The notes under the pieces were generated by a model. That model had not been told where the DNA came from. It worked only from the letters and a program-made list of their open reading frames with translations, and did no database searches. A program made the position numbers and the translations under genes. From Vicugna vicugna (lineage: Eukaryota): a stretch of DNA of 64,000 nt. Positions 25,820-39,248 of the stretch are shown here, piece after piece (the stretch's first letter is position 1; each line of letters opens with the position of its first letter). The DNA lies in assembly GCA_013265495.1 (NCBI GenBank), contig MU058221.1, positions 3,596,001 to 3,660,000 on the forward strand, in the 5' to 3' direction.

Positions 25820-26898
25820 CTGAAGGGTTAAGTAAAGGCTGAAATCCAGGACATACTCTGCTCATCAGTCCATCTGCCCTGCAGTGGAGCTGCATCTCCC
25901 ATAGGAGCTAAACACACGTTTCCTGTTTACACAAGGACATGCCATAGTTCAGCGATGGCCTTGCTCACAAGGCTATTTGTCCAAATAAGAAGAGTATCCG
26001 TTTTGGGGACCAAAGGCATGAGCTGAGGAGCAATGGGACTAGATGCTACCATCTCCTTCTTTTCCCCTGCAGGCCTAACCAAAAGAAGGATCTGGTTACA
26101 AGTGTTTTAATAAAGCATCCAGTGGGGATGGGTTGGAGAGAATTGGGGAAATCTGCCTTTCTCTGCCTTTATGCCCCAGGCTAGCCCCAGTCTTAGGCAG
26201 AAAAGGAGCTAATGGTTGCTGCAGGCTGGACAGTGATTTGTTATCTTCATGCCTTCTTGGACATGTCAGAGGTGCTAAGTCTTCTTCATCTTGCAAGACA
26301 AACGCACAAATGAATAAAACCTCCCAGCCCTGAATTCCAAAATTGTTTTTGTCTTACTCTTTTTCCCTTTCTCATTATCAGAGTAAGTACAGTCGCGTTT
26401 TGTGTGTATTGCCTACACTTCCTTGTATCTCAGTGAATTCTCAGCTGACTGCAAGGGAGCCTTTAATTGCACTTGTGCGGATGCCTGAGAAGCAGTTAGG
26501 TAACGGATAACCAACTCCCCAGTCTGGTGATGTTCTGAAGGGACTGGAAGGGAAAGAGTGTTCAGAGCGGATTACGGTTAATCAGCTGGGCTGCACAGGA
26601 AATTCGTCCTGCAAATGGACAGTCAGCAACTTAAGTGTAATATATTTGGGCTGGATTGAATGCGTATATCTAGAAAAAAGGAAGGGATGTTAAAGTAAGC
26701 CAAATAATTTGCCTCCCATTCACCTCAAATGAATGCAGAAATCGATTTTTTTCCAAAGATGTCTATGTAAGTATTTCACTTAACCCAGATAAATCACAGA
26801 CCAGGCTGACTCAATTTTTTTGCCTGTAGTAAATATTTTAGAAATCCATGGAGAAGTTTTAAGAACACCCAGACATAGTCTCATCCCCTTCCTTTGCA

Positions 26899-27091
26899 TT
26901 TTTATTTTATTTTAAACATTTTTATTGAGTTATAGTTATTTTACATTGTTATGTCAAATTCCTGTGTAGAGCACAATTCTTCTGTTATACATGAACATAC
27001 ATATATTCATTGTCGCATTTTTTTTCCACCATGAGCTACCACAAGACCTTGTATATGTTTCCCTGTGCTGTACAGTCTAATCTTATCTATT
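26899..27091 (-). mobile_element. Short L1 3' end (tail family B)
   Basis: ttttaaacatttttattgagttatagttattttacattgttatgtcaaattcctgtgtagagcacaa; same family as 40819-40897, 42444-42576 and 42728-42778. Confidence 0.8.
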
Positions 27092-29064
27092 TGATGTCAT
27101 GTGAACTTTGCTGATAAAAAGTGTATCTATTACCCACTTAAAGAACCTGGCACTCATCCAGTTTTACCCATATTTTGTTTATTCTTTTGAGTTTTACACA
27201 GCTAAGGAATTGGTGCAGTGTTAATTGAGAACCAACCACAGGGCTGAGAACCAGGAGAAAAACTGTAGTGAAAAGGGAGAATGAGGGATAAGGACCAGAT
27301 TGGAGGCAGGTGGTAATAACTTTGTATAAACTCCCCAAAATCTGGGTGGGGGCAGCAGTACTGCCCACGCTAAGGTGCAGGAATAATGAGCGATCATGTT
27401 GTAGAGTCACTAGAAGGAGAAATGGCCTGGAAAAGATAAAAGAAAAAAAAATTCAGTTGAACTTGGGTCCTTTCCACCAGCTGTCTATCACACCTTCTCT
27501 TGGCAGAGTTCCTTCCGTGAAAACATCTGTATGTGGGACCTCTCACGAGGCCTTTAGGTGTGGAGACCTGTCTCAGTATAACATCTCCCAGGATGGTGAT
27601 AAATACGACAATGGAGAGTAAAAAGCAAGGTGATTCAAGATATAAAAGCAGGAATGGGCTACGGGAGTTTGACTGGAGACAGTGGGCAGCTTACTACACT
27701 TGAGATGGGAACTCTGTGTGATACCAGTGACTCCAGCTTCAGCAAGATTTTTAGGACCCTTTCTGGCTTGGAAGCATAAGGAAAAGGTCTCAGACTTAAC
27801 TGGTATTGCAGAAACCAGCCTGATGGTGAGATTTCGTCCAAGGCGTATTACTGCCCTTGTGTGTCTCACACGTGCATTTTTCTTCCCCAGTCTGTTGTCC
27901 TCAGAGACAACTTTATACGTATAAAACCTTCCCCGAGGAAACTGACAATCTAGTTAGGAAGATAAATAATTCAAATCTGGAGAATAAGTCCTCACTATTA
28001 ATACGTTAATTGTTTGAGTAAGTGATTGAAACCTACCTTGATAAAGAACTGGAAAACTTTATCTGAACTCTAAGTAAACAACAAATAGGGCAGTAGAAAA
28101 ATATCACAGATTTGCAGAGCAGTGTGGATGTGGTTGGCCATAGTTATGAAAGCCTTCAAGGAAGACTAGGAATGACGAAAGGGTAAGTGAGATTTATATG
28201 CACTGGGTGCAGAAACGGAGCTTTTGGAACAATTCAGGCAGCGAAATCTTCAAAATAGCCTTTGTTGTGAAAATGTTACTGTGTAAATTGGGGGAACAAT
28301 TGCATTGCATCTCTTTCTTCTCATGGAAACATTAATGGCTCTCATCTCCACAATATCTGTCAAGTGGAATCTTAATTTTTTTTAGACTATGCGCAAACCG
28401 CGTCATGGGCAGGGCAAGTGATACTTCTTTAGTTAGAAGGGAAAAGCAAAGCAGAAGCAAAAACTGGGTTGCGTTCCCTATACTTGGGTCATTAATATCT
28501 TTAAAGTAATCAGCAGATCACTCAGTTATCCGTGATCTTTTTAAAATTTTCTCTTTAAAAGTTTTAGAATGACATTCATTTGACAGAAGCAGAAAATATT
28601 CTGTAGTACTGAAAATAAGGTTTCTTAAAAGGCATAGCTTGAAGAACAGGAAGGTAACATTTAACATATGGCGAATGTTAAAATAATATCATGTACTTGC
28701 GTGCCTGTATTAGTATATATCTTAATAGTCACGCGTGTCAAAAGACTAGAATGCTAGACTGCAAAATGGCTAACCAACTCTCAGAGCTTCTCTAGTATTT
28801 ATTACCAAGAGATGGTATCATGCTGGTTAATGGCTTAGAATCTAGGGCTTTGCCACTAGCAAGTCCTGAAAATTTAGCCAAGTTTCTAAAGAGGTATTAC
28901 AGTCATCCACCACATGGAAGACACTATCGTAGGCATTTTTAGTGATGGAAAGACCTGCTCCCAACTAAGTGAATTGCTCCACTGAAGAAGAAACCTATTT
29001 ACTGGACAGATTGTTTGGAAGATAAGTTATAGTGAAAGAAAGGTATTCAGTTTTAGAAAATCAT

Positions 29065-29320
29065 TATGGCCATCATCATTATCATCATCCTGATCATCAC
29101 GACCACTGTAATGGTCATTATTGTTCATTGTCATTATTATAAATGATGATCATCCTGGTAACAATGGTATTGACTGACTCTCCATTGTACTAGGTTCAAG
29201 ATGTAGTAACTCACTTTATCTTTCCACAATCAATATCGATGATTAAGGACATTCAGTTAATAAAAGTAAAAGTTAGGATTTGAACTCAAATTTTGTCTCC
29301 AGACCCCATACTCTTCGAAT
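29065..29320 (-). mobile_element. (CAT)n-like low-complexity tract followed by a MIR relic
   Basis: catcatcattatcatcatcctgatcatc, then ...gttaggatttgaactcaaattttgtctccaga. Confidence 0.6.
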
Positions 29321-30634
29321 AAAAAAATTACATATAGATATATGTATATACATTTATAAATTTTATATCTTAAAAATAGAATGTCATTCTGGTAAAATAA
29401 TGTCACATATATGGGAAAATTGCAATATATTTAATATATAAGGCAATTTTATAAATCTATAAAAAATTCACAGCCTAAGATAAAATAGGTAATGGGTCTG
29501 AAGATAGAATTGCCAAGAGAGAAATACACATTATTAATAAGGTTGAAAAGTTCAATATCGTTCAGAAAGAGAAATCTTTTGCCTGAATGGTGGGAATACA
29601 GATGCTGTTTATTTCCTTTATGGTTTGTGTCATTTTTTTTAGTTTACTGCAAAATTCATAGGAATATTCCAATTTATTAAACATATACAGATTTTGAGAT
29701 ACAAGCTTTTCTCTGGCCGCTATAGGTTTTGTCAAGAGTAGTGACTCGATGCTGATTGTGGAAGATTTCATACTTCATCATAATGAAAACTGGGAATTGT
29801 TAAAGAGAATAAGGGAGCAATCAGTATTTTAAGAAGTCTAATTTCAAAGTCGTGTACTGAAGGAAACAGAGGCTGATTTCGGGAGAGAAGAGATCTTAGT
29901 GTGATGCCCCTGGTGTTAGTTATTGAGAATCTGAGCTGCTAAAATGGCAACGGAGAATCAGAAGTTGGGGAGATTTCTAAAGAAGGATGGGCACAGCTTT
30001 GTTCTAGTAGTTGGGAAAACAAACATGGTACCGTATGGCATCCAGTAAAATTCCTCACACCATTAAGCAGGGCTCTTGCTGAAGTGCCTGTCGTAAATCA
30101 CCATGGCCAACCTCTGTCATGGGAACATCAAAGTCCAGTTTGACAACACACGGAGAGTGAGAATTCCATTAACCATCTGACATGACCGTTGTACCACCCT
30201 AATGGCACTTTGTTCATCTGAAGTTATAAACAGAATTTCGGAGAGGATACTTGTAATCTCTCTTAACATCGCAGTCTCTTAGTGCTGAGAAATGTGGGTG
30301 GGAAAATACAGTGTAATTAAAACTTGCCTGATAAATGCATACTCTAAGCAAGGGGGTTGGTTATATGATTTAAATGTTTACTGACATGAAGCTAAGATAG
30401 AATGACTTATCCACCTTTAAAGTTGGATTTATCCTCAGACCAGCGGATCTTTGTGCCAGCCGAATCCTCCTTTGGGGGTGAAAAACAACAAAAAACACCT
30501 CTTAGAAGAGGCAGTGCTAATGGGTTCCTGGAAGCACCTTTATTTTATTTTCTGCTTCCGTGGTGGTAAGGCACCCACACCACTTCTGCCGATTGACACA
30601 ACTTTATATAAATTTGCTAATGTATTTTAGACGT

Positions 30635-30875
30635 TTTATGGTTAAAGCCATCTGGCCTGTGGGTTACTTGGGTATTTAATGTGATTTTTCCATTTCTTGG
30701 CCGTGATCCATGACGAGCTGATTGAGTTTCCCTCTCAGGGGACAGTAATGGAAGCTGCCCTATTGAATTATTGAGAGGATTAAATGAGTTAATACATGTA
30801 AAACGGTTAAAAGGAGGTCTGCCAAGTGCTAAGCACTGTTTAAGTATTTGCTCCTCCGCTATTATTACTACCATT
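30635..30875 (+). mobile_element. MIR SINE relic
   Basis: tgagaggattaaatgagttaatacatgtaaaacg...aagcactgtttaagtatttgct is the MIR 3' end. Confidence 0.8.
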
Positions 30876-31131
30876 CTATTGAATTTTTTTTCGCATCTTC
30901 AGGAAATGTATCGCTCTGGAACCAACAGATCCAAAGTTGAACTCCCTGTTGGCAAGGACAGTGAGTCCACCGTTCACAGGAAGCACAGAAATTTCTAGCA
31001 GAGTCACGTCTCACTACCAGCTGCTCTTCCTACTGAACGTGAGTACCTGAACAAAGTGTTTAACCACTTCAAATAGCATTCTGTGTATCTGAAAATGTGA
31101 TCTGAGTCCCTGTCCCTGTTGTTTCAAGGAT

Positions 31132-32030
31132 TCATTGCGGTTTGGATTTGCATTTCTCTGATGATTAGGGATGTTGAGCATTTTGACACGTGTCTGTTGG
31201 CCGTCTGTGTATCTTCTTGGGAGAAATGTCTATTCAGCTCCTCTGCCCATGTTCAAGTCGACTTGTTGGTTTTTTGGTATTGAGATGTATGGACTGTTCA
31301 TGTATTTTGGATATTAACCCCTTATCTGTCGTATCATTTGCAAATATTTTCTTCCGTTCGGTAGGTTGTCTTTTCATTTTGTCAGTGGGTACCTTTCCCG
31401 TGGAAAAGCTTTTAAGTTTAATTAGGTCCATATGTTCATTTCCGCTTTTGTTTCCTTTGCCTTAGGAGACAAACCCCAAAACAAAATTGGTATGATTTGT
31501 GTTTCAAAGAGCATTTTGCCTGTGTTCTCGCCTGGGAGTTTTGTGTTTTGGAGTCTTATATTTCGGTCTTTAATCCATTTTGAATTTATTTTTGTGGATG
31601 GTGTGAGGAAATCATCTAATATCATTTTTTTTAAAGAATCAACAGAATGCAGTAATCCAGTCATAAAGGGCAGTCACATGTGTTTACACATATTCAAGAA
31701 ATCGATCATCTAAGTTATAAATAATAAGTAGTTCATTTGTGTCCTTTTTTTAAAAATAAACTCCACGTGTAAGTGATATCATATGGCATTTTTCTTTCCC
31801 TTTCTGGCTTGCTTCACTTAGAATGACATCATTCTAAGTCCAGTCTCATTCTTTTCCATGTGTCTGTCCAGTCTTCCCAGCACCGCTTATTGAACAGACT
31901 GTCTTTTTCTCATCGTATATTCTCACCTCTTCTGTTATGGATTAATTGACCATAAGTGTGTGGGTTTATTTCTAAGTTCTCTTCTCTGTTCCATTGATCT
32001 ATGTTTCTGTTTCTGTGCCAGTGCCATGCT
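31132..32030 (-). mobile_element. LINE-1 ORF2 3' region, interrupted at ~31623-31837 by a second L1-derived insert
   Basis: ORF 31234-31431 DLIKLKSFSTGK...KRQPTERKKIFAN...DKGLISKI is ORF2p. The consensus resumes at tccagtctcattcttttccatgtg after the insert. Confidence 0.9.
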
Positions 32031-32166
32031 GTTGATTTATAATTTTGTGTTAACTCCTGGTGTACAGCATAGTGATTCATTTATATGTGTGTATACATAA
32101 ATTTCCCTTTTCATATTCTTTTTCATTATTGGCCATTACAAGGTGTTGAATGTAGTTCCCTGTGCC
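32030..32166 (-). mobile_element. L1 3' terminal fragment
   Basis: gttgatttataattttgtgttaactcctggtgtacagcatagtgattc...tagttccctgtgc. Confidence 0.8.
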
Positions 32167-32770
32167 ACGTCTCTACTCACAGCTGAGCTCCCTCCTCAGT
32201 CATGGCAGCCCTCGCCCCACTGCGGAGCTGTGTTGTGAGGCAGGTGAGGCTGGAGCATTTGCTCGGCTCAGGTTAGAGTGTGCGCTGGGGTGGCCATCAG
32301 AAACCTGCCAGCCACTCATGCATTCTCAGTCCACCCTCTCCGTCCTGCTTTGGGAGAAAGCAGTCATTCATGTGCTCCTTAGGAGTGGAGTCCAGGCTTC
32401 CCACAGCCCTCCTGTTAGTCCCACTCATCCTCAGAGCAGACAAGGGGTTGTGACTGGATACTGGATTCTCTGTGTTGGACCCCAGGGCTGGGGTTCCCAT
32501 AACGTGGCTCGAATTGCTCACTCCCCTGGGAGGATCTCCACCCATGTAATTTCCCTTGTCTTCGGAATCCCTTCTCGGGGCAGAGACCCCAGCCTGATCA
32601 CTTCTCCTCTGATCTTACCCCATTCTCTGTGTACCTTTCTTCCAACCTTGGGGTCTGTCTGCCGGTCTCCAGTCAGTTTTCAGTGAGAGTTGTTCCACCT
32701 GTAGATGGATTTCTGATACTTTCTTGGGGGGAAGGTGAGCTCCGCATCCTTCTGTTCTGCCGTCTTGATC
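32167..32770 (-). mobile_element. LINE-1 5' UTR fragment
   Basis: Ends gggggaaggtgagctccgcatccttctgttctgccgtcttg, the reverse of the L1 start caagatggcggagtaggagga...gagctcaccttcc. GC-rich. Confidence 0.75.
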
Positions 32771-33339
32771 CAATCTTGAGAAATAAGCTTCGATGAATTT
32801 CAGTGAGTCATTTTCCCCTTGAATTTGTGAAATACGTCCACATCCCAGAAATAACTCGTCCTTATCTGTGAGGACCCTGAGTGAGCTTTTGATGTGTTTG
32901 TTTATTTACAAAGGAATTATTCTTGACTAATGTAGGGTTTATTCTGTATCATCATGTTTCTATGGTTGCACATATTTGGAAAGTCAAGGATATTGTTGAG
33001 AAAGGAAAAGGCTTGAGATAAAGCACGGAGGCACAGAGCACTTACCCTGGTCAGTGTGATTAGAGTTTATAGTGCAAAGCAGGAAGCCACGGAGCCAAAG
33101 GGAGGCAGGGCACAGCTCACGGACTGCCTTATCTGCTATACTAAGTTTGATTTTTTTTTTTCCTCTGTACATGGCAGACAGGCGTAAACGTGGGTAAATT
33201 TACATTTGAGACAGATTACTCCGGTGGCACTACAGAGAACACTGTGTAAGATTGGCAAATGTAGATAAGGGAGGACAGATTACATCAAGATATATAATTT
33301 AAAGTAAGAAGAACAGAATGTGCCGGAAAAAAGTAAGAA

Positions 33340-33510
33340 CAATATTTTATTTATTCCTCACGAAAGCCTCGTGAGATCATTAAGATCAGCTTTTGTTTTA
33401 TACATAATGGAAACCTCTGAAAGTTTAAATGGCAGCCTAAATTTGCATAGCTAGTCTGTGACCGAAACTTATTTTTAACTCAAAATTCTCACTCTTCAAG
33501 ACCTGCTATA
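33340..33510 (-). mobile_element. MIR relic
   Basis: attcctcacgaaagcctcgtgagat...ggaaacctctgaaagtttaaatgg...catagctagt. Confidence 0.6.
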
Positions 33511-34299
33511 CAAGTTTTGAATAATATGTTTTTCTCATTTCCAACAAGCTGTCCCAGCGGCCCTCACAGCAGCCGAAAAGGACGCTGAGTGAGTGAGGAC
33601 TGTAGAACTTTTCAGCCCTTCTGGAGAGCCTCTTCAGAGTCCCACTCCCATCTGATTTTTTTTGCATATTGGATTTCCACTTAGAATTTCACTTGAGAAG
33701 CAAAGAAGGAAGTTCAGGATAGGTTCTTCCGCTGTTAAAGGAACAAATATGTGCATATGCCAAATTAGGTTAAAAAAATCCTTTTGAAATTTACTCACTG
33801 AACACTGTGATCTTTAAACTATCCCTTAAAAGGGATGCTCTAAAGCTGGCATTGCTCAGAAGTGATCCTTAAGACACTGGGCACCTCAGAGGGAGGCAGA
33901 CAGACCCCTACAAGGGAAGAAGCTAACACAGAAGGAAGAGCCTCGCACCCGATTGTTAGCATCACTGTTTCTCCTCAGATGGACGCTGAACGGTATTTAG
34001 AGTCTATGCTTACAATATTCAGGTTCTAACTTAATTAAAATCATACCTGATTGGTCTTGTTTTTGATTCTTTTAAGTATATTGGATGGTTCAGCCAATCC
34101 CTGTGTATGACAACATAGTTTTTAATGGAAAAATGATTTGCTCTGGAGAACCAAGGATAATTTCAACGCTAGGAGAAAAACCCTGGCAAGCATTAAACGT
34201 GAGAAATTGGCACACCCTAATTGCATTTATATTGCATTTTTTTAGGGAGGTGCTGTACAGTGGAAACTAATGGAAGCCACATAGGTAATTTTAAATTTT

Positions 34300-34700
34300 C
34301 CTTTAAAAGGCAAAAATAAACAGGTGAAATTATTAAAACATCTTATTTCATACCATATATTCGAATTATTATCATTCTAAGAAATAATCAAATAGTAGTT
34401 ATTCATGAAATATTTCACTTAGAGCATATCTTTCTCTAGCTATTAAATTTTATTGGAAATCTTTGATCTGTATTTGATTTCACAGTTTACAATTGCACAT
34501 ATAGATTAAACAGTTTAGAATTGCACATATAGATTAACATAACCCAAGCATATTTAGATGCTTTACAGTAATTAAATTTAGTATCATGTTTTAAATTTAA
34601 ATTAATTAAAATGAAGCAATGATAAACATTTAAGTTAATCACATTTGCCACGTTACAAATTCTCAGGCGCCACTTGTGGTCCATGACTGTGTTTGAATAG
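34300..34700. mobile_element. MER3/MER33-like hAT-Charlie relic
   Basis: caggtgaaattatt... and ttttaaatttaaattaattaaaat...tagccac-like end (tttgccacgttacaaattctcaggcgccacttgtgg). Confidence 0.6.
34482..34537. repeat. 28-bp tandem duplication (2 copies, 1 mismatch)
   Basis: acagtttacaattgcacatatagattaa / acagtttagaattgcacatatagattaa. Confidence 0.95.
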
Positions 34701-35456
34701 CTGTTAGATATTTCTTGAGTAAAAGTGATCAAGGAATTAGGGAATTCCAGCAAATTAAACACTTTCGATACCGTAGGACATCTGTGGTTTTCGTACTTAC
34801 TATTAAAAATATTTTGCATTTTCCAAACTCATTCTTCTACCTTGATCTAGCCAAAATATCATGAGTTTCAAGACCACAATTTTATTCACATGTTCTCATT
34901 GATTAAGGTCGTAGCTGGAGATGCAGGTGGTATTGAAGATTGAAAAGAATGAAATTTGAAAATGATAGGTATTTTTCTCCTTAATTATTCCCATTTGCTT
35001 TAGTAAACCTTGAAACTGAACTGGGTTTTTTTGCTGTTGTTTTAATCTTTACCCTGTTTCTCCAAGAAACAAATGATAATTAAATCGTGCTGCCCAAATG
35101 GAAGTGTATAATATATAGGGGCAATTTGCTGTTATAATACTGAAAGTTACTATACTATTTGATCTACTTTTGTATATAATTAAAATTGGCCATCTATTAC
35201 TTCTCTGGACAGAAGGCGTTAGCAGAGCTGATGTTTAACCCATTCTGTCTGATCTCTGCTTTGACGCTACAAACCACCTTGACTGTGCAGCACTACGAAA
35301 ACGAAGGCATACATTTCTGGGTCATAAACTCCTTTGCAGAATTCTTGATTCTTGAGTTTGTCCTTTTGGTTATGTAGGTTTTTGCACAGTACATATTTTT
35401 CCTCTGACAATGGTTCCTGTATTTGTAGGTAAAACGATATTGGTGAAATTAGTAGT

Positions 35457-35700
35457 AAGAATAGCTAACAATTAAGTCTCTCCTACTACATGCCGAGCAT
35501 TGCTTAAATGTTTATATGCAATAACTTTTGCAATATTTACAGAAAAGGTATGAGGAAGGTAACGTTATCTCCACTGTGCAGATGGGATGGGGAGCGATGA
35601 ACACCGTGGACAGCCTCACACAGTCAGCTAGCAACTGATGCATCCAGGGTTACACTGGGACAACCCAGTTATAGAGCTTGACTCTCTCTAATGCATTACG
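35457..35700 (-). mobile_element. MIR relic
   Basis: aatagctaacaatt...catgccgagcattgcttaaatgttt...gtatgaggaaggtaacgttatctccactgtgcagatgg. Confidence 0.7.
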
Positions 35701-38700
35701 GAGCCCTGCCTTGCCATTCGAGCCCTCTAACAGACAAAGCCATTCGTTCTCAAAATTAGCTGAAGTTATAACTAGGGAGAAGCCCACGACCTATTCAAAA
35801 TGGACAATTCAGAACCAATGAAACCACACTGAACATGGTGAAACGAAAACAAGTAAGAGCTGATGATCACAAGCAGAAAAAGAGTTTAAGCGAAAACTTT
35901 GTAAAGCTAAGACTGGAGCTGATCCTTGAAAAATAGTGAAATTTTAGGAAGGTACAGAGATGAAGGTCCAATGAAAGATAAACAATTAATATGAAATGCA
36001 GAAAAGTATACCTTTTGTAAAGTAGTGAGGGAGAACGTCAGATTACAACAGAACTACAACCTGGGAAAACAGTCATTTTACAGCAATGAAAATCCAGGTT
36101 CCCACTGAACACTTCTTCCTCTGGATACAGCATCCTATGGCCAGCATCCATACTGTTTTCCCTAGATTTTGTCTCTACGTAAAAAAAAACTAGAGCTCAG
36201 CTCCCACCAAACAGTTAGCAATTGCCCGTGAGGTTTCGTAGAACTCTTGTGCTTATGAACAACTGCTGACTAATCTCACAAGATACGTGTCATCTTCCTT
36301 TCTGGAGATAATCTTGCTACCTCTGTCAAATATAAACATTCTTTTCTGCAGTCATTCTACCCCTCAAGCGACAAACACAAAACAACAACAAATTCTATTA
36401 GAGTTCAGTGAAAGCAGTAGCTCCTGATGAGCCAAGGAACGCCTGAGATCTGTGGCTGGAATACTAGTTAGACTAATGCCGGAACCACACTGGACTTGCT
36501 TTGTGTAAGACGCTCTCTTGGCCATTATCTTGCGTGATGTAAGCTCTGGGGAACCTGATGTTTAATGAAGGAGGATCCCTCATTCAGACATAACTAGCAC
36601 AGGGCACTGTGGTTTAAAGGAGTAGGAAGAAGAAAGTCACAGAATGCCATGTGTATTCAGAGCAGGACTGGACTATTTGGCTTGAATTAAAATAAGGAGT
36701 TAAGTTGATAAAGGTAAGTTGCCAGTAAACTTGTGGGTAAGTTCTAAGCGTTAGTTGGTGATTGTTTATTTAGACAGCAAATCACTCCCCAGAAATTCTG
36801 AATGGGATCCAAGCTGTGCTTTAGTAAATCGCATTTGGTGTCAGTGTAAAATGTTGATAATTATAATCATAATTATTATTATTGAGTGAGTGGGGAAGAA
36901 ACATTAGGTAATCAGGGTACCTTATGTCATTAATGGTCAGAATTTACCATTCCTTATTTGCACAGGGAAACTATTCCACTTAAGTGTCCAAAATTAATAC
37001 CTCAAGTTTGACAGGTTCGTTTTTGGAAACAGTAATTCTGTCGTTCTTTTGTGTAAGAGAACTGTTGAATTAATTATTTTAATGTTCATCTTTGTTTTGT
37101 CTATGAAGACAAAGCTCAAGAAAGGTTTATTAGTTACTTTCCAGCTAGAAACTTCCATAATTTCAAGGGAGTACATGTTTCAGTGTTCACTAAAATCTAT
37201 GACTCTTATTTAACCAGTGCATTAAGCTGACGTCTTAATTTGGGAGAATATATTTCCTATGACACAATTTAATTTCCTCAGATCAGTCTGATGAACAAAA
37301 TGCTATGTGCTTGCAAAGTTGTCTCAGATATAGGAAAAGGCCCATATACAAGTGAGAATGAAGCTGATGCAGTAGTGAGCACTATTAATGAGATTCATTG
37401 TGCAGCATTGGCTGAGCCATCATGGCAAATTTTCAAAGTATAAACAAAGGAAAACAATAAAATACAGAATATTTTCAATATGCAACATGTTGCCTATGGC
37501 ACAGGGAGAATTATATAAAGACTTCTAAAACAACCTCATCTTAAGATTTTTTCTGACTTTAGATGACCATCTAATCTTAATGTGAGGAAATTATTCACGC
37601 GTATGGAACAAGGAAAGCACGAAATCCGATTTACAGTTAAGAATTAGGCAGAGCACAAGTTCCAGCAAGCACTTTTCAGAACGTAAGTATATTGGGTGAT
37701 CAAGGTAGACTTTATGCAGGGAGTGGGGCTTGAAAAATTCTCAAAATTTAAGAATCAATAGAGAAAGGAAAGAAATAGTCAAGTGAGAAAGGAAAGGAGA
37801 AGAGAAGGATAAAGAAAAATACAAAGAGAACTAGCTAGTCATAAGTATATGCTTCACCATAACCTCAAATCTCCAATGTAGACATTATGATTTTGAGCTT
37901 TGGCAGATTATGTAAAGTGTTAAAAGTTATGCTGCTGTTGTGGGATCAAGGCAGGCTTTGAGGTAGCGCGACCAATTCTTTTTACTAATTACCCTCTAAG
38001 GGGCAAAGGAGAAAGTGAATTTAAGTGAATATGCATGGAGTACACGTTCAAGCTCACATAGCATTACTGTCAAAATTATATAAATACACCAACATATTAT
38101 TAATGGTCGCAACTGAACTTAATGTTTGTTCTTCAAAACAAATATATAGAAAGAAAAATAGAGATAATAGATACAGGTATGAAATTAATATGCTAAAAAG
38201 CAAAATCATTGCATATATCCACCTTTTAAATGTGTACACAGATAAAGCATTGAAGGATATAACAGAACAATTGGAAGAAATTTTTAGCATAAGAAAAGCA
38301 AGCTGCAAGACGACAGATAGATAGCAGTGGAAGAATTTCATGAAGAAGAAAGATTCTTTTTGATTGGATGATGATCTTATGATCCCAAGATTATAAAATG
38401 AACTTAGGGCAAAGAAGAAAACAAATGCCTATTTGTAGATGATGGTTCTAATTTATTGTTATATAAAAATGCTGAACTTGCTTTTCACACCCTTGCAGGA
38501 CCCTCTTAGGGATTTTATAAAATGAGTGAGACCCATTCTTTAGACTAATAATACAAAGAACACACAGCTTTATCCTTGGTGGTGACTTTGAATAATGAGG
38601 ATGCTCAAAATAAGTAAACGTTATGTAGAAAAAAATAACATGGTTAATATTTTATTCCTCAAAAATCAACACACCTGTGAAGAGTAAAGAACTAAGGATG

Positions 38701-39151
38701 AAACTAGGATTACCAGCCTTGTACATAGACCACTTGCTTCACAGATACTTGGGGGACGAAATATAAATAAAGGGTATTTATATTCATAACTGACTAAGAC
38801 ACCACCAGCCTCAAGGCATTCATATAACAAATTTCCTAATGCAATTTTTTTCCAACAAATGCTGACAGGCCATTTTCGATGGAAAACATGAAATCCTAAA
38901 GCATGGTTTAGAATGAAGCAGTGAAACCTAGAAATAAATAATAAATTAGCATGAATATTGAGTTAGAGGGAGCTTAAGGAGAGAGAGAGGAAATCGAGCA
39001 ACATGTTTGAGGAGTGATGGGTTGAGGGTTGCTAGAGAAAAATTTACCAAAGAGAAATGACCATCCTAGGCGTGATGAAAAGATTCTGAAGAACACGGAC
39101 TTCTAATATTAAACTTGAAAAGTGGTTTTTCTTTCTCTTCTCTTTCCCTTC

Positions 39152-39248
39152 TTTATTGAAACACAGTCAGTTACAGTGTGTCCATTTCGGGTGCACAGCA
39201 CAGTGCCCCAGTCACGCAGATACATACATATATTCATTTTCATATTTT
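39152..39248 (-). mobile_element. Short L1 3' end (tail family A)
   Basis: ttattgaaacacagtcagttacagtgtgtccatttcgggtgcacagcacagtgccccagtcacgcagatacatacatatattcattttcatatt. Confidence 0.85.

Noticed and set aside
27891-28182. Plus-strand acceptor and AGG|GTAAGT donor pair
   Set aside because: Lies in L2-like sequence and is stop-rich. Cryptic pairs of this kind are common without expression data.
34664-34683. CTCF-like ggcgccacttgtgg
   Set aside because: One base short of the core spacing and explained by the MER3/33 terminal gccacatgtggc sequence.
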